A stretch of 59,082 bases of DNA, counting the filler, from Diploschistes diacapsis (lineage: Eukaryota), in assembly GCA_023645945.1 (NCBI GenBank). It is 4 parts of 4 records of this genome, joined end to end, with 100 filler letters (N's around TTAATTAATTAA, not from the genome) between each part and the next. Parts side by side here need not be neighbours in the genome. Positions count along the whole stretch, not along the records: positions 1 to 31,939 come from JALAIB010000109.1; positions 32,040 to 40,994 come from JALAIB010001092.1; 2 more parts are not named here. One strand, given 5' to 3'. This document shows, one piece after another, positions 21,619-35,313 of the stretch (position 1 is the first letter of the stretch; each line of letters begins with the position of its first letter). A program made the translations under genes and the position numbers. The notes below the pieces were generated by a model that did no database searches, was not told where the DNA came from, and worked only from the letters and a program-made list of their open reading frames with translations.

Positions 21619-24600
21619 GTCGTAAGGCCTTTACAGCCACGTAGGAAGTGGCGATCAAGAACAACGAGTTCGAGAAAACTTCCAATAGCAATTCCCATAG
21701 CACCAGAAATGAGGAGTTTTCGCCTCGAGGCATCCAATACCCGCAAATAGCGCTAGCCGCCCTTCATATGGCAAAAACAGAAGATGAGAGGTTTTCCCAT
21801 CATATTTTTGATTTTTATCAGACCTTGGCCTTGGACCTGGACCCTGAGCTAGGGAGTCTCGCAGCTTAAGGTTAGCGACGAGGATAGACACGCTTGCCTC
21901 GGAATCTAATTGCATATGTTTCGCCAGAAGCGTGATTGAACCATGGCTTCGTCTTCAGGTACGACGACATAGAATTTGCCGGAAGGATATATATGGTATT
22001 CTGTTGCTTCCATGTACTATTCAGCATGGCGCATTCCAAGACCTGCATGGAGGAAGCGTTTTCGGTTACGCTTCGACAATGTCAGGATGCATACAAAAAC
22101 CTCACCTTCACAACCCGGGGTAGGTCTTTGGTCGTACTTGGATCATTGGATGCGTTGGAAGCTCTAAGGTTTGGGGATCGCACAGAAAAGTAGGGAGACC
22201 GGAAAATTTGGGGTTTATCATAGGTACAAGGTGATGATAAGAAAAAAGGACCTTCCTTTGCATATATCTCTACTTAATGTGCCGCAGCTTCAAGTCTTGT
22301 TCTGCAACTGGCAGCGTATATAATGAAGAGCTGGGTAGCAGGTTTGAGCGATACATAGGAGACCTTGCGAAAGCGGTTTTGGACGAGCGGCAATCGAATA
22401 AGGGAGAAAAGACTTCGAGATAGGCTCCTGGTTTGTGCTTGGACTTGTTACACACGCTAGTCAGACTTGGAAAATGTTATTGGCCAAGTCGTATACCTGG
22501 CGGAGGGAATCCGCGCGACTCGAGACTGTTATGGAAATGTCCTTAACTGGTTAAGCTTGTTCTGTTAGGCTCGCCATGAGAACAGCAGGTTTGGGAACAC
22601 TGGGCCCTCTTCTTCTGCCGTCTTTTGGATCTATTGGTAGGTGACTTCGCAAGCCAGACTGAGATCTTGAGGGAACAAGATGCATGTATCACCTTATCTG
22701 GTTCAGTGAGCGAGTGCCATTACGGCAAACACAGTTCCAGAAAATAGGCAGCACTGTATACAAATCGAGGTGGTACTAACAGAGGTGGATTTAGCCTGAT
22801 AAAGGATACATCAGAAATAGAGATGGTAGGACTGTTGCCATATCTAAGATCAGGTGAGATAGAATAAGAAAACAAAAGGTGGAAGAACTTCCTGGTCTAT
22901 TAAAGCATAGGGGAGCTCGAGCCTAGACAAGAAGTATCTAAGAACGGCTGGTAAAGCAGCAGAAGACAACAGAACAACGTGTTGTCTCTTTGGGCAGGAG
23001 ACTTGCAGATTTATGCGGGAGGTATTTACATAGGCCAAGGATAGGAGACCGTTAGACCAGGGAAATTAGACGCCATCCGGCGTCCGGGAAAAATCAACAG
23101 CCAAGGAAAAGATATTAGGAAAACGGCAGTCAACCTGGAACCTTTCATCTGGATTTGCATTAGTAGACTCTCGAAGTCACAAACAAAGGCCAGACTGGAG
23201 TCACCGCTCTCGGCCTTTTGCAACCTGCCGGAAGAGCAAGGCCGGGCACCGCTGGGTTCTGATTGTTATACAACCGCATATTTGTCCGAGGAGCTGAGAT
23301 GCTTGGAGTCTGTTTCAAGAGATCGCATACATCTAATAATAGGAGCCGACCAATCCTTCCCTGCTTGTTGTTCGGGTCCAAGTATGCCTTGGCCATGGCA
23401 AAATTTTTATAAAAGATATTTATAACGTACCACAGGCTAAAGATCGAGATAAAAGTAGGATGTGAGACCGAAAGAAGAGACAGAAGTAGGACTAGCAGTG
23501 ATGCGAAACTCTATGTGGAAGCCATAGCGATGAGCTCACCCAGTCAGGGAGAGCCTGTTTGGCTTTGCGCACTTTGATCCGCGGTTTGGGTAGAAGAGGT
23601 CCCAGTTCCAGTAAAAGTGAGAGCTTGTTCATAACACTAAATGTCCGAAGTTATAGCAACCTTGATCATTTATATAGTCAATCGGGGTTCGCTGCTCTTG
23701 CTTGCATGAGTCTGAAGATCGAGTTGAAAGAACGAAAGGGGTCAGAGGCAGCAAGCGTGTTTTGCTTGGACCATGCTGGAACTAGAACATGTAGTCGGGA
23801 GAAAGTCCTCTACTCAAGGCGGATCATGTAGATTTTCAATAATCGAGGTTATTATTGGTCTATTCGGCGGTTCAACGAACGTTAGCGGGAAGACATCACT
23901 ACAGTGACAGCACGTTTTTCTTGATGAGCTCGATCATCAACACTGGCAGGAAGTATAGCACTTTTATTGGATCAGAAACGATTAATGCCATCAACCGTTT
24001 TATTAACAGAATGATACATGGGAAAGAATTTCTCATGATCCGTGACACACTCAGGCCATGCCACGATACCCAACAAGTTCCGAAAGCCGGTCACAGCGCA
24101 GAGGTCTGCACTGCAAGACCGCCTTAGGGATACGGCAATCTGTTCGGAGAATAGAGATAGTGATGAAGAGATCAAACAACGACGATCTTAGGAATATAGT
24201 AGATCATTGGCTCCATGGTGGGAGCATCAATCACTAGCATTGACATCGACCACCGAGTGAAAAATAAACCACAACACCATAAAACAAAACTAGGAGACAA
24301 TGGCTGTGTAGAGATCTGAACGTTGCTTTTCCTCAGCTAAAATCCGTGGTAACCGTACATGGCTTCATCATTCCCAGGCGACTTTTGAGTATCAGCTTGA
24401 GTCTAAGAGAGTTGGAGAGACCTTTACAGTAGACGTTGGTTGTCTTAAGGAACTTTATTAGAAAGGGAGTGGTCTCGATATCGTGCCTGCGGCGATGAAC
24501 CTTTCACGCAAATGATGCCTGGCCGGCCAGCCAGGCCTACAACAACGGGGGCATGACTGAGACATCGGTACAATGTCGATATCAAGCCCAGCTCCCGATA

Positions 24601-27600
24601 GTATAGCCGAATGTACTGCGAGCACGAGCTCGCAGCAACGTAGAGTTGGGAGTTCGAAGACGGCTTGCTTGTCCGAGAGAGATACCGCTAGGTGCCCTCA
24701 GAGAATTCGTATGCGCTATGGCCAATAACGCTTTCAGGAAGCGGACCTACTGGTAAAGACCTTCGGGTTCGAGAGGTCGAACTTCCGAACAAAGAGGTTA
24801 GATTGGCAGGTCTGCGGGGATCCTGTGCGCTTACTCAAACCGGCCAGCTACTGAAAATTGGGAGAGCCCTCTCAGGGTCTCAGCTTGGCAAGCTGCGCTT
24901 TATCATATATGAACTCGCTTTTATAAAGAACCAGAACATATGACACGAATAGGCATCGTCTCTCCAGCATCTATTCGAGATCTTGGCATCATCTGGGTTC
25001 CGAACACCTTCCCGTTGATCTTAAGGCACTGGACGCGAAATCAAAGATATCAACTTTAGAATAAGAAGAGTACTTACAACAACCAATCTCGAGCATATAC
25101 ATATCTATCCTATAGGAGTGCACTAATGCTTTAAAATTACTGGCTCTAAGGGCAAAAGCTCCCTGTTCCCGCCATAGCTGGCACATATAACTTGGATCTT
25201 CCGACATACCTAGGACACCTAACAACTTTGTTTCTGGTGTGGAGTAGAGGCGTGGCCTGTTCGGTAGCGACTCCAAGGCTTTAGCTCAGAGCTGCAGAAT
25301 CACCTATCGAGAATAATAGATACCAAAAAATCTGTAGGTCGACCTCACTGGAATGGAGGACCCTGGCTCGAAATATACAATCAGCGCCTTTTCTAAAGAA
25401 GTTACAATTTGCACAGCTGAGCCGCCGCATATCTATGACAGCAGTGTAGGACCCTTCGGTCACAGTGCCGTGCCTTTGTGCGAACACGAAGCACTGAAAA
25501 AGATGTCAGGATATCCCATGTTAGCATCAGCCTCTAGCAGTGGACGCAAACACTTGTGCCTGATTATGAGTTGAGGCGTGGCCCGTTCGAGGATAATAAT
25601 CAATAGGCTTAACGACAGGCACACACTTGGACTAGCAGTAACTGGATCACAGACCAGTACAAAGGCAAGCTGAGGGTTTGAGCTGCGAGTAGTGTTGGGA
25701 GGTTAGCAATCTTGGAGCAGGAAAGTCTGCGATTGATCTTAATGGGCTGAATGCTACGTCCGAACTCCACTTTGAATCTGTTTACAAGATAGGCTGGAGA
25801 CCATGAGACTTACTGCTTTTTAGGAAACGTACATTCAGGAGCACGGTGTGCTGACCGAGCTTGGTGCGGTTAAGTAGAGAAAGCATCTAATAGAGTATTT
25901 GGGCATCTTTGTTGACGATTGCCTTTGGCACCAAAACATGGATCCACTTTCGTAAAATATATCTCGCACGATGCTGCAGCCTTCGTTGCTAAGGGCTTAC
26001 CACGAGCGCCTCCAGGCAGGAGAGGCGAACTCATCAGTGATGTATGAGTTGGCGCTCGCCGTTACTAATTAAGGCTCATAAGGAAAACGACAGGAGCTGC
26101 TTTTCGCTGCATTCGAGATTTATATGCAGCAGCCAAGACGCAGTCCTCGCGATTCACATCGTGCATATGGATAAGACCGGTTGTAGGAAAAGGCAGGAGG
26201 GGACGCAACAGAGCTCCGAGAGGAATTTAGGCCTAAAATTAATCAGAAGGGCCGCAGAAGAATGATCAAAAGAGCATGAGGAGCCTCATGCAGTGTACAT
26301 GAAATTGGATAGTACACCGTATTGGGCGTTGGCGCACGAGCCCTTGCCGTTCAGATGGGCATGCTAGGAATACGCCAATGAAACTGCCTCGACTGCAGGT
26401 ATTGCGGCATCCATAGGAAACTGAAGTAACAAGGAAAGAAGTTCACTGTTAATGGCAATCACTACAATATCCGGTCAAGTCTGATCAAATGCGAAGGCTT
26501 CCCGAAGCACACCTCAAGACTCAACATAAACATCCAGAGCCTGTGGGAATGCTCTATAATGCAGTATGGGACGATTCTATGCCTGGACCAACAGAGATGC
26601 CGGTCCGTAGGGGTAGCACAGGATACCGATTTCGTATATATAAGCCGACTCTCTTTTTTACTGATGGCTACTTAGCTCAGTACGAATTACTTGCGCAGTA
26701 CTACTATATACAGGAAATTCACCAGTGCATAAGGAACCGATGCCTAACAGTCCGGACTCCTGCCGTACAAGTAGAAAGCAAGGGCAGGTGTTTTCCTGGA
26801 AAAGTCGTTCCCGTGAGGTCTCCACCCAGAAATTGCAACAATTCCGCCAATCATGATATTAAGTACTCCTTTAGGGTATAAAAAGCATCAACACACCAAG
26901 GTAGTTATGCAGATCCTGCCAGGGAGATTATAATGTTTTGTTCGCTAGAATAATCAGAGTAAGGACCAAACAACGCTTTAGGAGGAGATCCGTCCTTCCA
27001 TACAGCATGGAAGATCCTCTAACAGTCTAGGAAAACCCTCGGACCTTCTTGCATGGGAGATAGGCAAGCCGGTTTAGGATACCGAGCACTGAGCGGAAAG
27101 TGAATACCTTACCAATGCCTACATCAACTACAAGGCGACGCGTGCAGCCGATACCAGGAAAGAGTTCCAAGGCTACAAAATCAGAGAGCAGTCTAGGAGT
27201 AAATCACGATGTGACGCAGTACAGGCTCTGTTAGAAAATCAAGGTTATCCAAATTCGGACACAAGGACTCACAAGTCAATTGGGCTGTTCACATGATACA
27301 ATAAAATGTATGGCTTCGTATCGGAGGGCCTGACCCTTGAAAATAACAAAGGAACGTTGGAGGTCGGAAGGATGTTGAAATCAATACCAGCATTTGGCGC
27401 GACGTTATGGTTGATACAATAAGCTTAAGAGAAGCGATCTTGGTATTCAGCTTTCTAAGCTTGCGGTGAAGGCTGGTCGCCCAGTTAGATGAATTATGGG
27501 AACGTAATCCAACTATCGTTGTTCTGAGTAGAGGACCATACAGTGAGGTTCCGACTTGTCTAGCTTGGAAACCCCGGATTATCGATTTTGGGTTGTTGAA

Positions 27601-28526
27601 TCAATAACAAGAGCGATCTAATCCTTTACACTCATCACCAATGGGACCTGGGAATGCTAGCTCAAGGAGCAGGTCGCGAACGCTCGAAATGATACGCAGG
27701 GCTATTAACATTGGAGATGTCACTCTTTAAACCCATTTTGAATTGGGTTACCGGACTAGGAAAAGGCACAGAAACTGGTTGATAAGCTAAAGGCCGACTC
27801 GGGAGGCTGTTCTACGGGAAATATAGGCTGAGTGTTCGAAAGCTTTCTAGAGAATTTCATAGCAGAGAGGATCTCCTCGTCACTTACGATGACCAGTTGA
27901 CGTAGAGAGAACGAACCGTGCTGCTATGCATCAACTTTCAGGCACTTATTCCGATGTTCTCCAGGTGTTCTTGATAAGGTTGTTGTACTTCACTTGTTTC
28001 TGTTTCTCTCCTCTTGGCTATTTCTGCTTCCTTCCCTTATTCTTTTACTTTCTATTGTTTCAGCTTTCTCCCCTAAGATCTGGACGGCATTTTAATCGGG
28101 GAAGCTCGACCTCGACCAGTTCCGGAGCCAGAAAATAAAATTGAAGCATCATGAATATGCCATATTAAAAGTACGCTGCCACATAAACCAATGTACAGAT
28201 AGATTGGAGGCCATCTTTCATTCGGTGCAAAACAGAAATGATTAAGTACTTGCGAGCAAAAGCGACAGCAGAAAAGTACTCAGAAAGGCCCTCTAACACC
28301 TCAACCGGTATCAAGGTTGAGAAAAACAAACAGAAAATATATGCTACCTAACACCCATGATGTTATATTATGCCGCATCTTTCCTGGGGGATACAAGTAT
28401 TTCCAGACCAGGTATGGCAGGCAGGAGCCGAGAACTTTCCTCCTTCCTCGCCGCACGCATCACGTACACAGCTAGATCAGATTGTGCAGGACGTGTCGCT
28501 TTCAGAAGGGGATACTCGGACCCTAG

Positions 28527-28626
28527 CGAAAACAGCGGTTGTTTCAAGATATAGGAGGTCTCCAAAAATACCGAAAACAGCGGTTATTTCAAAACATAGG
28601 AGGTCTCTAACACTACCGAAAACAAC
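28527..28626 (+). repeat. 45-bp tandem repeat, about 2.2 copies
   Basis: CGAAAACAGCGGTT(G/A)TTTCAA...ATAGGAGGTCTC starts at 28527 and 28572, with a partial copy CGAAAACAAC at 28617. Confidence 0.8.
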
Positions 28627-31600
28627 GTGGATGCAAACACAGGGCTAATTTGCATACACCATGTTTTCCAACCCAACTGTTCTGATAAAACCCAGAACGG
28701 GAAATGAGATACTCACTCCACATATTAAGAAGAGTGGAAAACAAGCCTCCAGTCGAAGGAGAGTGCTAGCGGGTTAAAAATAAAGTATTCACAGAAGAAA
28801 TTAGCCATACAGGGAATTGGCGGCAGCAGCACACAGGAAAGCAAGAGTATTACGGGCAGCCAAACTTCCTTTTGCTACGGAGCAAAACATCTGTGCTATA
28901 CCTGACGCTGCATGATATTTTATTTAGACCTCCGCACTATGACAGCGGAACTTCTATAACAAATGGCAAATGTATCCCCCGAGCTCGAGAGATAAACAAG
29001 GTATCAGTGAGGTTCAAGTACGGCTCAGGATGCCGTTAGTGGGTCGTTTACACCAACATCTGGGGCCAGTACGTTTACCAAATTCTGTACTTCGAGTATA
29101 CTGTGACTACACTGCGAAGCCTGGATAACGTTAGGAGAAACTGCCGTGGGTTTCAACCTGTCTGAGCACAGAATCCGTTGGACTGAAAATGTACATCTCT
29201 CCGCCATAGCCATAACGTGGTGGGATTTAGGGTGCCAGCCCACGGCAGTCACGATCTTCCAGGCTTCCCTCTCTTTTCCGTCTGTTTATTCTATACATCA
29301 ATCTAGACTAAATCAAGCTCGATCGGGTCTGGATCTCACCATGCTGCGTCGCTTAATCATTTAATAAAGGCCCATCTAGCATTCGATCTTAACGAAGCCG
29401 AGTTAAGGAACTTGAAAGTTTGAACGGAAGTATTAGGCGCTTCGGCATAGAACCCTATGACCTTTTCCAGATGAGGTATCGCTTGGGCAAGCGCCACCAA
29501 CAAATAAGATCTGGAACCCATCTTACGCGGCACCTATAAGGAGATTGGAGCAAGGCTCAAATGCTGGACAGGCCCCTTCACCCGGTTTCACGGACTTCGC
29601 CTACCAGAGAGATATTGAAGTTGCACGTCATTAATATCGTGACTTTGTGCAGAATCAGAAAGCACCTGGTGAATTCCGCGTTGTGGAGTTCAGGACAGAG
29701 AAACATAATTTATCGGCGAGGAATATTGTAGACGACACTATGGCCAACTACACAAGAGTTGAGTTGAGATGGGTCTCATAGGACATTTCCATACCCTTGC
29801 TTTGTGATATGGAAATCCTCCAAAAGGCCGCGTTGCGGTCGATAGGCAAAGACTTAACGGACTTATGACTCCAGGCTCTATACCTTCTCAGGGCGATTTT
29901 GGCAGGAAGCTTGCGATTCCACTGCATTACTTGGTAGGTTGCGATTGACTTTTCTAGCTATGGTAGCCACAGTTTGGATATCACCACAAGCACATAGCCG
30001 TAAAATGAGGAAATGGTTCATTATTATGCCACTCGAGACAAGGACCTGCGCTTCAAACGTCCCGGGCAAAGACGAACTTACCACGTTGGAATCTGAAGCA
30101 GTCGCTGCAAGTACTAAGCGTCCTATTCGGCTAGGCAGGAGCTAGGACAGAAGGTTTATGGTAAGAAGCCTACAGGGTCAGGTTCGCACGAAACTTGATG
30201 AACGAACTGGCTAAAGCACAGGCAAAAACTCCGAAAACCGGTAAGCTACAAGCCTTAGCGAGCTGGATAAAATGCGATTGTAGGTGTCAGACAACGCTGA
30301 AGACAGGCACAATCGCTGCTTTGTATGCCTGCCTCACGACTTTCAGCTATCTCAGAGACTCTGAGGCGTGAGAGGAGGAGTCAAAGCATACGTCCCTTGA
30401 AAGTCATGCTACAGCAGTTCAACGCTAGGCTGAGTCCGAGCATTGGAGTTCCACGAGCGCTCCTTGAATGAAAGAAAGCAGGATGAATGCTGTGTCTGTC
30501 GCGCCCTTCCAACCCGCCTCCCGAAACTACGGGATCTGCAGTCACAATTAACCGATCAGAGTCAGGGATCCCGAGTAAAACCGCTGTTGTTTGTTATCGC
30601 ACGTTCGTAATGGTGGATAAGGCACGAAACCAGCTGCTCTCCTCTGTCCCCATGTGTCCTAACCTCGCCGAGGCCAGGGTTCTTTGCACAGGGCCATGAT
30701 GCCGACGGTCGTCTAGGCTTACGCACGACGATATCGAAGATTAACAAAGACAGTTCTGCGATTAGGACATATCAAAAGAAACTTGGTAAATATATTCGAT
30801 TCTGCCCTGCATGTCAAAGCCAATAGGACGCCACGACACAAGCTTTATGGGTTCCTGCTGTGATATTACAAAGCGCCAGTTTAGTACCGCTAGGCCCACA
30901 TAGCCAAAAGACCAACAATACCGGATTGTGCCAGTATCGAACTAAACTGATATATATATATATATGCGAGACCACACTGCAACCCAATTCCTTCGTCTGC
31001 CAGGGTCATTGCATCAGGTACTATCACCACAGGCTTCATTCCGGCTCTGCCTACGACTGTAGATAACCAGGGCACCACCCTGTCCTCGCCGACAAATCAT
31101 ACCAAGGCAATATCTCGATCGGTATAAAAAGCTGGAAACCCGGACCAGGCGAACCCAGCGTGCAGTGGCAAAGTGGCAGCGGGCTGGTCCCCACACCCAC
31201 CTACGCGCACAAACATACCATGTGTGCTTCCCCAAAAGTAGGAACGGGAAAGTTGTTCCCCTGAGCTCGAACCGGTTTTTGCACCAATCCGGGATACCAG
31301 AGCAGATGTTGTACTTGCTACCGAAACCCACGCTAACCCGTCGGGAAACGGGATAGCTTGTGACTTGCCCCCCTTACCAGCAAACCTGGAAAGGTAAACG
31401 CAGGCGTGGGCGTGGATGGTCACGGAGACATGCTACATGCTGCTTATATATCTCTCTCAAGGGAATTAACCGTCAGGATACTTTTTATTTTATTTTATGG
31501 GGGAGGGGTGTCTCGATAAGCGACTTCCTCCCCCAAAAGAAATCACGGCGTCTCGTGGGGTTCAACGACAGGCGAGTTGCCCGAGGCGTTATTGAGGCAG

Positions 31601-31939
31601 GTTCAATCACCACTACAGGAACTTCTTTATTCATCCTTGAGAGAGGCGCTGCTGTCCACAAGTCCCGAAAACAGCGAAAGCAAGGCAAACGGTCCAGCAG
31701 CTCTGGTGGTTCGTCAAGGGCCAATCAGGTTTCGCGAAGCAAAAACCTACCGCCTTCGGGAAAGGCTGTAACGGGGGGCTTTCGGCGGGGGGAACTGTTG
31801 AAGTTACAAAGCATGCATGAGATTAAACGATAAAAGCAACATGGAGTCAGAGTGGCTGAAAACTTTTATATTAAGATCCCCGAGGGAGACGCGGCCTGTG
31901 GAGAACTTCTGATGAGATACATGTCAAAAGGTTGAGAGC

Positions 31940-32039
31940 NNNNNNNNNNNNNNNNNNNNNNNNNNNNNNNNNNNNNNNNNNNNTTAATTAATTAANNNNN
32001 NNNNNNNNNNNNNNNNNNNNNNNNNNNNNNNNNNNNNNN
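31940..32039. other. Artificial contig linker (44N-TTAATTAATTAA-44N)
   Basis: Exactly 100 nt with a six-frame stop core, repeated identically three times in the window. Confidence 0.98.
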
Positions 32040-35000
32040 ACCCATTACTTAGCCCCGCCCCCGCTCCCGGTGGCACCACACTGCTCCCCTTCAGCACCGG
32101 ATCCCCAATGAGCGGGGTAATGCGCCCATTGCTCCCATTATCATTCCTCCCTGCGGCATCTAAATTTACCAAGCCCCCACCACCACCACTTCCGCCTCCA
32201 TCGCCCAAGCCTCCACCGCGACTGTGGCCCTTGCCTTTGTCCTTGTCAGAGCGCAATTTACCCGTGATGATGCCGGGGGAGAAGACTCTTCTCCATCCTG
32301 GAGATTTCATGGGCTTGCCATTACCGTTGCCTTTGCGGGAGCCAAAGCCGTTATGTGGCGGGGCGGCGGCGTACGGGTGGTTAGTTCCGGAGGCGGAGTA
32401 GGCCGTGTAGCTGCCCGACTCGCTGGGCGCTAAGCCGGCTTGTAGGGATTGCGGGACGGCGAGGAGGATAGGCTTGTGGCCTGCTCCGCCGGCTGCTGGT
32501 GGGGGGCCGGGGATGGGCGTGATGGAGCGCATGCTGCCCACGTCGGGACCGATGGACCGGGAATCTGTTGGTCGTGGCGAGAGCGGGGAGGAGGTAGAGC
32601 GGGAGTATTGGTCTGGGGCTGGGAAGAGCTTGAGGCTTAGGTTTGGTGGGACGTCACGGCGACGTTGTCGTTCAGTGGCTGGGGCTATTGGTGGGGCGTC
32701 TTGGGAGGGTGTCGTGGTTGAGCTTGGTTTGGGAGGTGAGGAGGTGGTGGTTGAGTTATTGGAAGTACCAGGATCGGCACCAGTGGCGGCTGCTATACGT
32801 TGCACAAGTTCGGGATGTTTGGTTGTGGTGCCTCCGGGATTGTTCTCTGCCGTGGTAGTTGAAAGAGATGTAGGAGGATCGAAAGGAAAATCGGGTTCAG
32901 GGCCGTTCACGGTAGCGGAGAAGAAAGGAAAGTCCGGCTCAGGGCCGGTTACTGTGGCTGATGTAAGGGCTACGAGGGATGGTGATGGAGGGTCAACTGC
33001 TCTCGCGAATTTTTCTGGGGGGACAGTTTCTTTCTCTTCTTGAGATGGTCGTGATGGCTGAGGCATCTCCGAATCCATTTTCCTCGGGAAAAGGTCGTCG
33101 TTCTGGTCGTCCTCATCCTTCAGACGCTCTACCTCTCTTTCGAGATTAAGCTCAAGCATCGATGTTTTCTCACAGAAGTGGCTTGGCTTACTACCACCAA
33201 GTTGCAGTGTTGGCTTGCTACCACCAAAATTCAAAGGCGAAGGTTTGGCTGATGAAGCGGCAGGCGGCGGAGAAAGTGTACCGTCTGTATAAGCCGAAAG
33301 AGGATTGTCTGTATCGTAGACCGAATCCGTCTCTGTATTTGCCCTGAGCAATTTCATGAGGTTGTCTTTCTCCTCCTGCGGAGGTGAGAACATTGACTTC
33401 ATGTCGGTAGTCCGTGAATAGATGGAAGAAGCTCGAATGTTAGGCTTTCCTGCATCATCCTCTGAGTTGTCCTTTTGCTCGTGGTAGTCCCGCAAGGGAA
33501 GTTCCTTCGTTGCCAGTTTCAGTGGCTTGGCCGCTGAAGCTTGCGATACCTGCTCTCTCGTTACTTCCATATCACGAAGCAGAGATCGCTCTCTCTCAAA
33601 CTGCTCTTGTGTGTCGTTCTCAATAGCTTCCTCCTCAGAATTAACCGGAGTGTTCTCGCCTGACACGTTTTCCTGAATGGTTGTGATACGCTTGTTTCGC
33701 GGTTGCAGTGTTAGTGGAGTGAAGCCATTTATCGGTGATCGAGATGGCGCAGGCGCAGAGCGAGGCCCTAACATGTCGCCCATTGGTGAGACTGGATGAC
33801 CGGTAGCTGACCGCAGCCCAGTAAGATCAGAATCCCGCATCGGCGAGATTCCGGTGTCTGACGGCGTAACACGAAGCAGGTAGTCAAGGTCGTAGGGCGT
33901 GGCCGGCGATATCATCGATTGAGTCTTCCTATGCCTGGCAGAGCGCTCTCCATCGTTATTCTTTACGAGCGAGCTCCATAGGCCAGACTTCGGTTCTACC
34001 GCTGTCTGCGGATATGCTCGTGCGCTTCTACCCTCGCTGGCTGTGTCGGCTCTCGCGGGACTGCGTATCGACAGTTTCTGAGCGATTGAGCGTGTACGGT
34101 CCGAAAAGGACGCCCTTCGCGAAGGTAACTGAGACCGCGAGTCTGCGGCTTCCGAGTGAGGTGGCTCCGCATACCGGGCCTGCGGCTTGGCTCTTGATGA
34201 AGACTCTTTCTGCTGGGATCTCTGGCTGCCATACTCTTCCTCATATGGCCGCTGCTTTCCATGAGGTTCGGCTCTATGCCGTTCCCGATATGATTGTGGT
34301 GAGCGTGGCGGTGATAGAGAAGCCCGTCGACTGCCCTGTTTTGATTGCGGTATGCTGCTCGCTTGGCTCCTTGAGGGAAATGGCTTGGGCTACTGTAATT
34401 TAGCTCCTGAATTAGCCGCTGTGATTTCAGGACTTACCACATCACGACGACTGGCAATGCCAACTAACCTCTGAATCTCCGAGATAATGCCTCGCAGAAA
34501 TTCCAAGCTCTCAGTAAGTTTCTTGCCTTTGTCCTGTAGAATAATAAATGCCCCGGACCAGCCCTCTGTATTACCAATCATAGCTACGAAGACGTCGGTA
34601 TGCTCATCATCCCTTGCTTGCCATGTCCGCTCGAGCTTCTGCAAATACCGCGCCAGCTCTCTCGTGCCATCGAAGCCTTTCCTTACGTCCTTGAGAGAAT
34701 CTGTCAGCGCGAGTGCCGTCCGATCGATGATGTGTTCGATCTTGATGTTGCCCTCCACCATCGCAGCCCTAAAAGCCCGATCGCTAAGCATGGAGTCGAA
34801 AACATCGCCGTGCTCGAGAGGAAGGTTTAAGTATCGGATCCGCTCGTTGATGTCGTTTTGCGCGAGGTCAAAGTCCTCCGTTGTCCGCTCCAGGAAACCA
34901 TCAACCTCGTCCACATGGTTTTGCAAGATCTTCAAGACCTCCTCGTCTGATTTGGCAAGCCCCTTGTGCAACAGATGCATACCGAACGATATCTGGGCGA

Positions 35001-35313
35001 CAATCTTCCATAGCGGATGATATTTCTCACCCGACCTTTGCTTCCACTTCCCTGCCACTGTTCTTTCGTATTGTGGGCGCTCTAGCAGTATTTTCCGACG
35101 GTATACCGAGTCTTTTCTATTCAATGACAGAGGCTCCTCCTCTTCGTTTATCGTCTCCATCATAGACTCCTCAAAGGCGCCTTGCATCGTTGGAATCGGA
35201 TGCTGCGGCGTCTGGCTTGCCATCGACCCCAAGAAATCATCGTCATCATCATCATCATCGTACCCTCCACTCGGTGACCGCCATTGGTTGTCCGCTCGCG
35301 CATTGTATGCCAT
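32040..35313 (-). CDS. Conserved fungal hypothetical protein (helical N-terminal domain, long disordered S/P-rich C-terminus), 3'-truncated by the contig end
   Basis: ORF 34390-35406 (..YHPLWKIVAQISFGMHLL..VDEVDGFLERTTEDFDLA..) splices through intron 34437-34390 into a stop-free frame continuous with ORF 31984-33915, which runs into the N linker. Confidence 0.8.

Noticed and set aside
20600..31939. Hidden long gene read by stop-codon recoding or A-to-I editing of UAG
   Set aside because: In the stretches I translated, stops of more than one type occur and no single frame stays open, which fits decay better. I did not test the whole interval exhaustively.
31984..31995. TTAATTAATTAA palindrome as a regulatory or recombination site
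   Set aside because: It is centred in N-runs at three identical junctions, consistent with a six-frame-stop assembly spacer.
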